From Amoebophrya sp. A120 (taxonomy: Eukaryota > Protista > Dinoflagellata), in assembly GCA_905178155.1 (NCBI GenBank), contig CAJINV010000017.1:922722-986721 (forward strand): 64,000 bases of DNA, read 5' to 3'. The notes under the pieces are model-generated. The model saw only the letters and a list, made by a program, of their open reading frames with translations. It made no database searches and had not been told where the DNA came from. Position numbers and translations under genes: made by a program. Position 1 is the first letter of the stretch. Each line of letters begins with the position of its first letter. Below, piece by piece: positions 27,070 to 38,300 of the stretch.

Positions 27070-27700
27070 CTTCTTGAATCAGACGTACTTACTTTTGTGT
27101 AGTTTTCTGCACAGCAGCAGCGAGAGCTGCAAAAAATCAGACTTAGCAGACCAGAAAGACAAACGGTTCAGACATTATATCAGACACAACTTCTTGTTCG
27201 GATTCAGATTAATAAATTATTCGTGAGAGCAAGCGGTGTTAATACGCAATTTAGAAAAATCAGACTAATAGCAGAAAACAAGAAATTTGAATTTATTAGC
27301 AGAGTGAACAGCAGCCTGTTCTTGTCTCAATCGACGACGCCATCGTGTAGGCAGAAGATGGTAAGCCGCAGAGTTTGGCTGTACCAGCAGGAACTACAGG
27401 CAACTCTTGATTAAGAAATGGTTTTATCAGACTCACCCTTTACCTTTACGAATCAGTATCAGACAGCTTTTTACAGTGAATCAAAAATATATACGCAGAA
27501 AATGTTTTACTAAAGTTACAGTCACAGCAGTTTTATGGTAATTTGTTCAGGAAGAATGTTCTTGTCAGACCAGAGTTCAATACCATTTTAGCAATTGTTT
27601 ATCAGGACAGCATTAACCAGACTTCGTTTTATAGCTTAAGAACCAGACTTCAGAAACTAGTGTTTAAATTTGTCAGACAATACAGCAAAGAGCCAGTAGC
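27070..27700 (+). repeat. Intergenic region enriched in dispersed (T)CAGAC motifs
   Basis: About a dozen cagac occurrences, all on the + strand, in ~630 bp. Confidence 0.55.
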
Positions 27701-28683
27701 TTTAATTGCCTGGAACTTCATCTAGTCGGTCTCAGCTGCGTGGTGACTACAGCACCAACTTTCGTGTGAGTCTTACAAAATGGATTTGTATACTATCGTG
27801 AGAACTCAATCTCGTTTCAGCGTTTTCTAGCGTCATGATTAAGTTTGGTATTCTCGTAGTGTCCGTCCCGTCAACGACGTGGAGGTGAACTAAAATCGAA
27901 GCGGTTTAATGTTTCTCCCGTCGTAGTTCGGTCTCGTCTAGAGAAGCTGCCTACACGCTGCACAGGAGTACTGCTCGTGATTCACATGGAACCTACCTCC
28001 AGAGCTACCGAGTTACTAAACCTTATTCATCCATATCGCTCTCGCTAAACGCTTTGTAGAGCTGATGTATCGAAGATGTCAAAAAATCGTGATGTATTTT
28101 CAACTATCCTCGAGCAGGACGACAGACTGAGGCCTCTGTTTCGGAGAGAAGTTTCAGCCGCGAAGATACAAAAACGAAGACGAAGAGGAAGGAACAACGC
28201 CTGCTGCTGTACGATTTCACGATTCGAAACGAAATGGAAAAGATGAAGAGGTACTAGTAGAAACGCTTCCCTGGTGTCCTGCTTATCAATTACCGGGGTT
28301 CTCACCCAGGATTTGTGTTTTGCAATTGTGCAAAAATTTCTGGAAGTCCGGCCTCGGTTGGACAAGCATTAGCAGAGAGACTGGGACAGCGACGTCGCAG
28401 ATGGTGGCGTCGTTTGCCTGTATTGTGTGGTCGTGTGAAGAGAGCATTTTCATTTATAAATCTTTCGTACGTGTTGTTGTTGAGATGGCTATCGTAGAGA
28501 GACTTGTGCAAGAGCTAGCTTTTCATGCGTAATGCTGCTACTAGAAAAGAAAACAAAGTGAGGGCGGGAGTCGCACGATAACTTCAGCGCATCGTACCTA
28601 TTTTAGTTTATTTCGTGGACCCGTCACGTAGTCGTGCTCGTGACTTTCGATAAGCAAAATCCAAGACTTGTCTTGGAAACAAC

Positions 28684-30843
28684 ATGAGTCCCCCGGCTTT
28701 CAACGACGTTGCTGCGACCGGCGCGTCCTCAGCAGCAGAGCAGGACGACGGAGAAATACTAACCCGCACAGCCTTCAAAAAAAACAGCCCTCTGTTTGGA
28801 AAACGGCCTACGCCGCACGTATTAAGCGCGTCGCAGGATGAGGACGTCAACCACGCGGACACGCAGGACGATAAGAGTCAGGATCTAGAAGCCGCACTAC
28901 TGGCGGAGAATGCAAGACTGCAAGCGGAAGAGGACTCCAAGATTCGGACGATAAGGGAACTGAAGTCGCAAATCGACAAAGTGAAGGCGGGACTTCTTGC
29001 TTCACACACGACTTCGACAGGGTCGTCAACTGCGGGCGGGTGGGGTAATGCCGCGGCGAAACATTTATCGCCAAGAGAAGGTGTTGACTTTCTCTCTTCA
29101 TCCGCAACCACTCTCTCCCCGAACAAACAGCCAAGTGGTAGCACTTCGCCTCCGAAAAAGAGGAAAGTCAAGAAGCGGCTGGTGCGAAAGGTGAAGAAAA
29201 AAGTGGATCGAGGCAGCGCGACTGGAGTTGCTGGAATTGTATCTGCTGACACCGGGGGCGCAGCTGACGCAGCCGCGTTTGATGGTCCTCCGTCGCACAC
29301 AACTACACAAAAGGGAGTCACCTGCTCTTCGCTCGGCGACGATGCGCGCGCGCTTTTAGAGAAGGCAAGGGAGCGGCGGCACCTGGAGCGACGAGGAGGA
29401 GAAGGAACTCCAGAAGGAGCAAGAAGTCCAAGTCAAGGTGGAATCGAAGCAGCAACAAACGCGAACAACAAAATAACCACCAGCTCGACCGCGACGATGG
29501 CCGAGCGTGTGTTGCTGTTTCAGGCCAACGAGGGTGGATCTTGGACGATGGATGAGGCGGAGTATGACGTCGAAGGTGAAGCTTCTCATGCAGGACGACT
29601 TCACGAAGCTGAAATACACGACCTGGAGGAAGAAAAAGAAGACGTGGCGTCAAAAGCCGCCCGAGGCGTCTACACACTCGATGGAGTTTTGGTGCCTGCG
29701 ACTCGTAGTCCGCGACTAGTACCTGCCGGACGACAAAGTGGAGGCACATCAACTCCTAGACAACATCCGTGGCACGAGGAAAACGAAAAAGCGCGCGAAG
29801 CAAGCCAATACCAAATCGTAGACGCGATTTCACCAGAGCCTGATCCTGTTCGTCCTTGGGGGTCCTCGCACAGTATTAACCGGAACAATTATCTGCCACG
29901 GGCCATCGGCGCCAGGAGAGAGGACGATGGCGACGCTGTAGTTGCAGCGAATAGATATTCATCTTCATGTAGAAATGACGAAAGCAACCGCGGTACGGTG
30001 CAGGATGATGTCAGCAACGCTCATGAAGACGACGGAGTCGCGCAATCATGTTCCCAAGCCCCTGCTGCAAAGAGGACTTTGTCATCTTCTGTCCCACATC
30101 AGCCCCAATTCCAGCTGGCCAACAGTCCGCAACAGTTCGACCAGATCATGTTTCGAACGCGGAAGACACTGCGGGAAATCACCACCGTTTTCCAGGACAT
30201 TGCGAGGAAGTATGAGAGTCAAGATGTCGACCGGCCGGCGGGAAAAGCACAGGGCGACGAGCTCGATCGGCAAGGCTTTCAAGTTGGACCACGTGGTTGC
30301 CGGGGATTATCAACATCCCCTGCACTTTCATCTCCGCGACACAACAAAGTTGGACCCGCAAAACTGTCCTCGATCCAGCACCAGCCGTTTGTGGGAACAG
30401 CTTTTCACCGGACATTTCGGTTCTATCCAGAAGCCGCAACAAGCGGTATACCGGCGTCTAGTGAAGACGAGGAGCCGATGAGGAACCGCGGTTTTTGTAG
30501 GAGCGTTTCTCTGTCCTCTGCGAACCGAGAAAAACCAAAACGGGACGATGAAGAGAGGGATAGTAAAATGGCACTACAATCGCTGTCTCCCACTAGTAGC
30601 AGGGGCCAGTATCCCGATGGGGATGGCCCCGCTCGTGCGGCCGCTTCACCACCTGTTGCGACAAGGAAGCCGCTCGAGCCACGCTATCAACAAACGGAAG
30701 AAACTGAAGACCAGCAAAGGTCGCCGAACTTTTCGAAGTTGCTTGCGAAGTGGAAGCAGCGGGATTCAGATTTTTCCGCCGTTTCTCCAGCGATTGGTCC
30801 TCATTCGAACTCCTTTCAGAGAATACAAAGTGAACAAGCTTAG
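28684..30843 (+). CDS. Intronless 719-aa low-complexity hypothetical protein (short coiled coil, basic NLS-like PPKKRKV)
   Basis: Long ATG-initiated ORF; no recognisable domain. Confidence 0.7.
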   Translation: MSPPAFNDVAATGASSAAEQDDGEILTRTAFKKNSPLFGKRPTPHVLSASQDEDVNHADTQDDKSQDLEAALLAENARLQAEEDSKIRTIRELKSQIDKVKAGLLASHTTSTGSSTAGGWGNAAAKHLSPREGVDFLSSSATTLSPNKQPSGSTSPPKKRKVKKRLVRKVKKKVDRGSATGVAGIVSADTGGAADAAAFDGPPSHTTTQKGVTCSSLGDDARALLEKARERRHLERRGGEGTPEGARSPSQGGIEAATNANNKITTSSTATMAERVLLFQANEGGSWTMDEAEYDVEGEASHAGRLHEAEIHDLEEEKEDVASKAARGVYTLDGVLVPATRSPRLVPAGRQSGGTSTPRQHPWHEENEKAREASQYQIVDAISPEPDPVRPWGSSHSINRNNYLPRAIGARREDDGDAVVAANRYSSSCRNDESNRGTVQDDVSNAHEDDGVAQSCSQAPAAKRTLSSSVPHQPQFQLANSPQQFDQIMFRTRKTLREITTVFQDIARKYESQDVDRPAGKAQGDELDRQGFQVGPRGCRGLSTSPALSSPRHNKVGPAKLSSIQHQPFVGTAFHRTFRFYPEAATSGIPASSEDEEPMRNRGFCRSVSLSSANREKPKRDDEERDSKMALQSLSPTSSRGQYPDGDGPARAAASPPVATRKPLEPRYQQTEETEDQQRSPNFSKLLAKWKQRDSDFSAVSPAIGPHSNSFQRIQSEQA

Positions 30844-31399
30844 CACAACATTCGTAAAAAATCGAGAACGCTTTCATCTTCCACTTCTGGGATGGTGTAC
30901 ATACGGATAAGTAGGCGGAATTTTGTTCCATGGATTGCCACTTTCGCGTGGTGGTTGTGCGGGGCTTACACGTCCATGGAGAAGTTGCCCAATACTAGGT
31001 CATCTGGCAGAAGATCATAGGCGTCGCTAGTATTTGCCACATAAGATCTCAACGTCAATAGCCAGGTGGTGGAGAATGTTCTTGTTTTGTGTTATTGCGA
31101 GGATCAGGATACTACAACCACTGGATCCCCAACATGGCTATACAACAACTGATGCTTGTCTTTCATGTTGGATCGCCCCGCTTTATTTTGCCTGGTACAA
31201 CGAAGCAGTTCCGTTTGAGCTACCTACTTGACATTTGGATTTGCAAAAAGCAATCGAGGATTTTAGCCGCGTCGAGTATATCAACAACTTCATCTGAAGC
31301 ATAAGCAGGATCCGTGTAAAGCTAAAGTAGGAAATTCCAATTTTCCAACAAGAAACTCGACTCTTATTTTCCATTTGAGTTGTAAGTACTTGTATCGCA

Positions 31400-32638
31400 T
31401 TGTTGAATGACGATCCGGTTGAGCTGGGTCTTGCAGCGGCAAACAAAAGAGCTCTTGTTGCAGCGGCAATTGAGGCAGTTTCTGCGGAGATGGCGCCGCA
31501 AGTTGAACAGCCCCAGGCCGTTCCACCTGTCGCCCCGCGCCCGGCTGTTGCTCGCGAGCCCTTGCCAAACAATTTGCAAGATTGGTTCGCGAAAGTCGAA
31601 AGAAAAGAAGTGAACGCCGCGACGGCTCGCGCTTGGCGGAAGATCCACGGCACTGCGATCCAGGCGGCAGCGGTGTGCTTCGAGAAGAAGCAAAAGGAGG
31701 ACGGGGCAGAGGTTGCAGTCAATTTCCCAGACGACTGCGCGCGAAAAGTGTTCAGCTTTCTCCAGGGGGAACGGCCGGCCCCAAGTGCTACGCGTAATCA
31801 GGCACCGACGTTGACGCACGCGGACAAAATCTTCCGGACTTAGGGTCTCGGGCCGGTGGTGTGTTTTTCGCAGGAAGGAGGCCGAAGCGCTGGGCGATTG
31901 GCTGACCTTCGTGTGCCGGCTCCGCAGCTCTTTAGGTCAGTCAAAGAGACGAGCGGGGCGCATCAAAACCGGCGCTGGGCTCTGCGTTGGGGCAACGCAA
32001 GGTGGCGTGACCGGCCAGATGCCGAAGTGTCGACCATCAATTCACAGACGACCTGCCACAGGATGGTGCCAATCAGTCGCCTGAAGGGAATTGAGATGCA
32101 GATTTCAGGCGCTGTTTTCAAACTGAGGAGCGTGAAAGTGATTCCGCATGGGAGAAATAAAGTGACTCACTTTAGATTCCTTTTCGATTGCCGAACCCCT
32201 CTGATTGGGGATGATCCCCTCTTCGTGTCAGCACTACCACTGGTCGACTTTACCCATGACGCGCAGGCTTTGTCCGTTTTGCCGAAAGGAATGGAAATGC
32301 AATTCTCACTGGCCGCAGTCATCCACGGTGAGGCAACGTTCAACGTTCTGAACGAAAGCGCGCTGCGAAAACTGAAAAAGCCAAAAGCATTCCTTGAAGA
32401 ATGTAGGCGGAACAAGGAAGATGTGAAAATGTCATTCGCGTTCGAGGCGGATTACGCTCCCAGCAATTTGCGCTATAACTTTCGGATTCCTGAAGAACAC
32501 AATCACAATGACTACAACGCTGACGTTCATCTTACCGAAATGCACCAGGTTCGGTCCTTCAATTTGCGACTGGAGCAGATGCTGGAGCAACTCATTTGTG
32601 AAGTGGATACGAGTCTGCCTCTTCTTCTTCCAGAGTAG
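31400..32638 (+). pseudogene. Orphan ORF pair in one frame split by a single TAG (pseudogene, unrecognised intron or two genes)
   Basis: ORFs 31400-31843 and 31856-32638 share a frame; no domain recognised. Confidence 0.4.
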
Positions 32639-33178
32639 AAGATGCTGAGCAGGCTTGCCCTATTTTCTGTCTCGCACAGAAAAAGAAGGAGTAGAAGCTG
32701 GTTCAGAACCAAAATTATGAAAATGAAAATTTCATCAACAAACGCATGCTCATGCTTGCGCACCATACATATACAACAACAAGAACCCATACTTCTTACT
32801 TATTCTTATACTTTTACTTTGCTGCAATTGCAAAAGCAAAAAATAAAAAAAGATGAATGAAAGCGACGCCTGCAATCCAAACGGTATTGGTATTGCAGTA
32901 CCGTGTCCGTGATCTCAGCTGGCGACTGCAAGCGCCGTGGGATCCAGCCCACATCTTTGTGTGGAAATGTAAAACTGAAAGTGTTTGAAAGCAATCGACT
33001 CATCAGTTTTTGAGAGAACAAATTAAAAAAACAATGAGAGAAGTCATCAAGATGAACGGTGGTCTACAACTTCTCATATGGCCATTTTTAGCTTTAGGCC
33101 TTCAATCACTTTACTTGTAGCTTTAGGCCTGCATTCACAGCAGCCGCGTTGTAAAAATCGAAAAAAGTAGTAGCCGAG

Positions 33179-33892
33179 ATGATGCAACAAGAAGAGCCGA
33201 GTCAAGAACAGCAGGCTTTACCGCTTACAGGCATGTCTGAAAACCTAGTAAACCCTGACGATGAGCAGCACGACGACGACCCGGAGGTTCACTGGACCCT
33301 CCTCCTCGAGCCTGGCGACGAGGAAGCTTTGAAGCGTTTTCTTACCACCAGCCACCGCTGGTTTTCCAGCATGTCCTCCCCTCCCTCCCGCGAGGACTTC
33401 AAACTGTTCTTAGAAGGAGGGTTCCAGGCCCTCGCTGACCTCGCCACAACTACATCGACTTCCTCCTCTGGAGGAGGTAAGAATATTAACGCGACGAGTG
33501 ACACCGAAGGAAGCAGTACAGCTGCGCAGCTGCTTTTCCAAAATCCAGGACCGGGACCAACATCATCTGCAGAAGGTGTGGGAGTTGTTGGTGTGCTGGA
33601 CAGAAGCGCAGCACACCAGCAACATGATCCCAGTGTATTTCTTGGGAGCACAACTACATCATCATCGGGCACCAGCTCAACATCTTCATACAAGGCGCAG
33701 TTGCTCCACTTGTTGCAAAAACAGGCCAGAGAGGTGCTGGAGCTGGAGCTTCACGAAGACAGCTGGCAGAACACAACCTTAGAGGATTTCCTCGATGCTG
33801 CAACCGACGTTTCCGGGTTCCGGTCTGGGAACTATGAGCAGTCTTGGAAATTCTTGTTGGACTTCTTTCAGGAAGGACAGACGGCGGAGTGA
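33179..33892 (+). CDS. Hypothetical acidic 237-aa protein
   Basis: ATG-initiated ORF with protein-like composition. Confidence 0.6.
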   Translation: MMQQEEPSQEQQALPLTGMSENLVNPDDEQHDDDPEVHWTLLLEPGDEEALKRFLTTSHRWFSSMSSPPSREDFKLFLEGGFQALADLATTTSTSSSGGGKNINATSDTEGSSTAAQLLFQNPGPGPTSSAEGVGVVGVLDRSAAHQQHDPSVFLGSTTTSSSGTSSTSSYKAQLLHLLQKQAREVLELELHEDSWQNTTLEDFLDAATDVSGFRSGNYEQSWKFLLDFFQEGQTAE

Positions 33893-35368
33893 TAAAGAGA
33901 TCAGTTCTTGGAATGCCTTTTGGCTTTGTGTCTTCAACAAAAAAAACACATCAACCCATACGTATAAAAATTCTACTTAAGTACCTCGGTTATGTAAAGA
34001 TGAGAAATCACCACGGCCCGTATAACAAGTCAACATCGGGCAGCGTTTTGGTCATCATGAAAAATGGTGACCCGTGATCGCCATGAGCAAAAGCTATTTG
34101 AGACTAAGTACGCTAACGCTCCTACCAGCGAAAATTGTTTTTGTCTGTGACGGAAACACAAAGTGAAACGGCCATCACCTTCTAGATATGCCGTAGCAAA
34201 GAGACTGTTGGCACGTGAAATTCCCTTTCCGCGATCTATAAGTATAATCCAAAACTGGAGCGTCGTGATGTTCCTGACATGCAGCTGAATTGACTATGAA
34301 TTCCATATGCTCAAAAAGAAGTGGACAGAAGCGCGCGTGTTTTACTGATCACGAACGTGAGCAACGATCATCCATCTCCGTAGAAAAGAAACAAGACGAG
34401 AAGACACCTAGCTCTACCCTAGAGATGAACTCAGGCAAAGTCCACGTCCAGAGGCTCGCTAGATAAAAAAGATCTACTACATCATCATCACGACCTTTAT
34501 TTTGACTCGCCGCAAAGAACAAGAAACGCAAAGAGCTAACTGCGCACGACGATCACGATCCGTCACTAAAAAGAGTGCAATGGCAACCACTTATATTTTG
34601 TTTTTTTTCTCTTTCTCGGCAGCTCATTGTGGCTGACATTTTCTGATTTTTTCAACTTGATCCGGCTCGCAGTTGAATAAGCAAAAACTGCTATCTAAAC
34701 ACGTCCACGATCTGTTTCCCGCCACTATTTCCTTGGCCCGTGCAAGATCCTATTTTCAAAAAAAAGTTTAGGAGTTGGAGTATCCTTCATCGCACAACGA
34801 ACTATGCTTTCAGGCGACAGCACAGCAACATTTTTGTCACGCGTAAAAATGGTAAAGAGCTTTTATGATGTTGTGTTTTTGCCACCAGTAGTGTAGTAGT
34901 GGCACGAAACACGGCGGTATAGATACCCCTCAAGGAGAAGGGGTCAATCGCTCGAAAGTCATCTTCAGCAACTACAACATCATCATCTTCCGAGTAAATT
35001 AGAAGTAGCTGTGTAGTACCTCTAGTAGGATAAAAAGACCAAATAGAATTAGATCCTGGGCAGACTCACATTCTTCAGCCCCAATTATCAAGTTTTTTGA
35101 CTATCGCTATCCAGCAAGCGACCATAAACTAAGAGGCTACGACGTGAAGAAGAACATGAGAATGCGACGTGTCAAAAGTAGTACTAAGCGGCACTATAAT
35201 TTGTCTAGCAGGAGCACTAGTTTCTTCTCAGCGACTTTTGACGACGACCCGGGCAAAGAGTAAACCAAGAGTCATTTCTGACGAGACGAACTCGAACACG
35301 GACTAACAGGAGCTTCTAAAGCAACGACGACCTACTAAGGGCGACTCAGAAACACAAACAGAACCAGC

Positions 35369-38300
35369 ATGGCGGACCCCGACCAGCCCGAGGTGGCCGA
35401 GGAGCAGGCCTACGAAGTGGAAGCGTTGCTGGAACACAGAATCCTCGAGGGCAAGGACTACTTTCTAATCAAGTGGGTAGGTTACGACGACCCGGACTTC
35501 GTGCCAGAAGAAGACTTGGGCGATGCGTATATATTACTTTAAAAATAACGACCACAGCTGTTGACGTCTTAGTCTTTTTATTACTTTTTGTTTATGATTT
35601 CGTTTCAGCTTTTTCTTTTCAACCAGTATGAGAATGAGTATCTATGATCTTTGCTGAACCACATAAGATGAACAAGAAGTCGTGCCTGCAACAAGTTCAT
35701 CAAAGCGATCTTCATGGTGCATCCAACCATGAAAACGAAAATAAAAATCCAAATCCAAATCATACGACCACTGCAGTGACTGGCTGGTCGCTCAAAAGGC
35801 GGAGTTGAAAGCCCGCACGGCGTCGCTGATCGCCACGGGGCAAATTCAACCGGATGAGGAGGGTATTGACCACGAGTTTCTCGGCACCGCCGGGCTTTCC
35901 CAACAAGAGCAGCAGCGCATTATCTCCCCAGCAAACGCAACTCACGATGGCGACCGTCGTGGTCGGTCCGCACGCCGCAACCAGGAAGACCCGGCCCGGG
36001 CGAGTAAGCGGCGAAAACGGGCAGGGAAAGAAGAAGACGAGGACGCAGGAGAACTGCAACCAGATAACAAGAAGGAGAAAAACCAGAACAAGCAAGCGAA
36101 AAGAGATCGGGCGAAGTCTGCGAGGTCAGTTGTAGAAGAGCATGATGGGGGGCCGTTTGAGCTGCAGAACCAGAAAAACCGGAAGGACAAGTCGAAGAGT
36201 AAAAAACGAGCAGAGTCGGGGACAACTTCTTCGCGTCCTCGCGGAGCAGTAGACGAAGTGGAAGCTGCTTCTTCGAAGCGGGACAAAAAAGCAGATGCTG
36301 GTGGTCAACAACAGCAGAAACGAAAAAGGAAGCAAGAAGACGAATCCAGTTCGTCGGACGAGTCTGCCTCAGAAAGCGAAGATGAGAGCAGTAGCAGCGA
36401 AGAACTTCCGGGTCCAGGGAAAGGGTTGAAGGGGGGAAAACTCGGACCCGGCGGAGCAATGGGGCCCTTTGCTGGGAAGGCTGGTAAAAATCGCTGCTTG
36501 TTGTACAAGCTTTCTCGGATAATGAATTTCAATTTAGACTCTTGGTTCTACATGCAGTATTTGAAAGAACAATGTGTGTTCAGATGCAGGCTTTTCGTTT
36601 TCCTCCAGTTTGAAAGAGAAAAAAACTTCCAGGCGTGTTTGGCAAGGGCATTCCGCCCATGATGGCGTCCGCGGGTATTAAGGGCGGGAAGGGATTCCCC
36701 GTGAAAGGCCTGCCACCCATGATGGGCATGAAAGGACTTCCCTTCGGGAAGTCAGCTAAGGGCATCGCGCCACCGGTACATATGATTTGTGTTTTTTCTC
36801 ACGTCTTCGATTATTTATCCAAGTAATTCGAAGCAGTAGTTCCTCGGGCTTCATCGTTTTTGTAATACAAAGTTGACGCAGCTGGCTCCATGCACCTCCT
36901 GCTCCATTTACATTTTTGATGAATTCCTCCGAAAAAATGTACTATCAGATCGCCGTCCCCCCGGGCCAAGGGCGTGCGCAAGAGGAAGACAAAAACAAAA
37001 TCCAGAACCCCCTGGTCGTCGCCAGCGAAAACTTCGCGAAACGGGAACGCACGCAGCTGAAGGAGTTCGTGCTAAAAATGCGGAAGTTTTACCGAAGAAA
37101 GAAGTACGCGTTTGAAGCCGTCACCGGGATAGCGACGCCGGCGCTGGAAGACAATGTTGATGACAAAGACGGCGCTGACAAGGACATGAACCATGCCGAT
37201 GGAACAACGAATGACGCGGAAGATCAAAAATTTAAGCTCTCTTCTTCTCCAGGCTCTTCTTCCAACTCCGGAAATAATAATGACGGCGGGGGTGACAAAA
37301 ATATGGAGCTCGCTGTGGTGTCCACCAAAAAAGCCGATCTACATATCAACGAGCCGTACTCGCAAGAGAAAAAACAGATGCGGGACTGGTTCGAGAAGAA
37401 AAGGAGCGAGTTTCTAAACGCGATCTTCGACACCAAAGGCTCGATGCTGGAGGGGCAGGAAAAGGAGGCGTTCATGAAAGCGAAAGACATGATGACGCAC
37501 CGAGGAGTCCCAGACATCCTGCCCAGTGAGCATCTGGTGCTGGAAGCGCTCTGGCTCATGGTGTGGGATTGCGTGTTGCCCGACCCGGAAGAGGAGACGG
37601 AGGGGAAAATGCGTATAGAAAATCTTAATATGTTGATTATTTCTCCTGAATTGTTGAGACGTAATGCTGGTGGTGCACTTTTTCTTTTTGCATGTCAAAA
37701 GGGCCGCCTTCGATTTACTTTTGTTGTAGCGCCGCGAGGGCATCATGTGAGTGTTGAGAAAATCAAAATTTTATCTAGAATATCGAAACCTATCAACTCT
37801 TCCACAGTCCAAGCTATGCAGGCCGATCTTGCTTCGCCGCGTGACGCCAACGACCCGATTTTGTCCAAATTGAAGCAGGACGCCCTACCAAAAGGAAAAA
37901 TCCCCCCTCCCCATATCAAAACGAAGTTTCTGATCATGTTGGATTTGCGTACACAAATCAGATTTATCTTGCTGGAGAGGAATCAATGCAGGCCTATAAT
38001 ATACTATGCCTGAGTAGGGAGGTTTTGGGCTAGGCACTGAGCATGGCAGGCGACTAGTCTGTAGGGCCAACCGCATCACAAACCGCCTGCAAAATGCGGC
38101 GGACGCTGTGGAGTTGCGTTCTTGCAAGACAGAGACGATTTGTGGCCACAAATCAGCATTGCAAATTTTCTACGATGTATCTTTTCGGTTTGGGGAGGGG
38201 GATTTTTCCTTTTGATACGCCGAGGACCTGATCAACATGCAGCAGGCGTTGAAGATATCAAGCGTAAAAATGTCTGGGTCTGGAAGAATTCATGTCTGTC

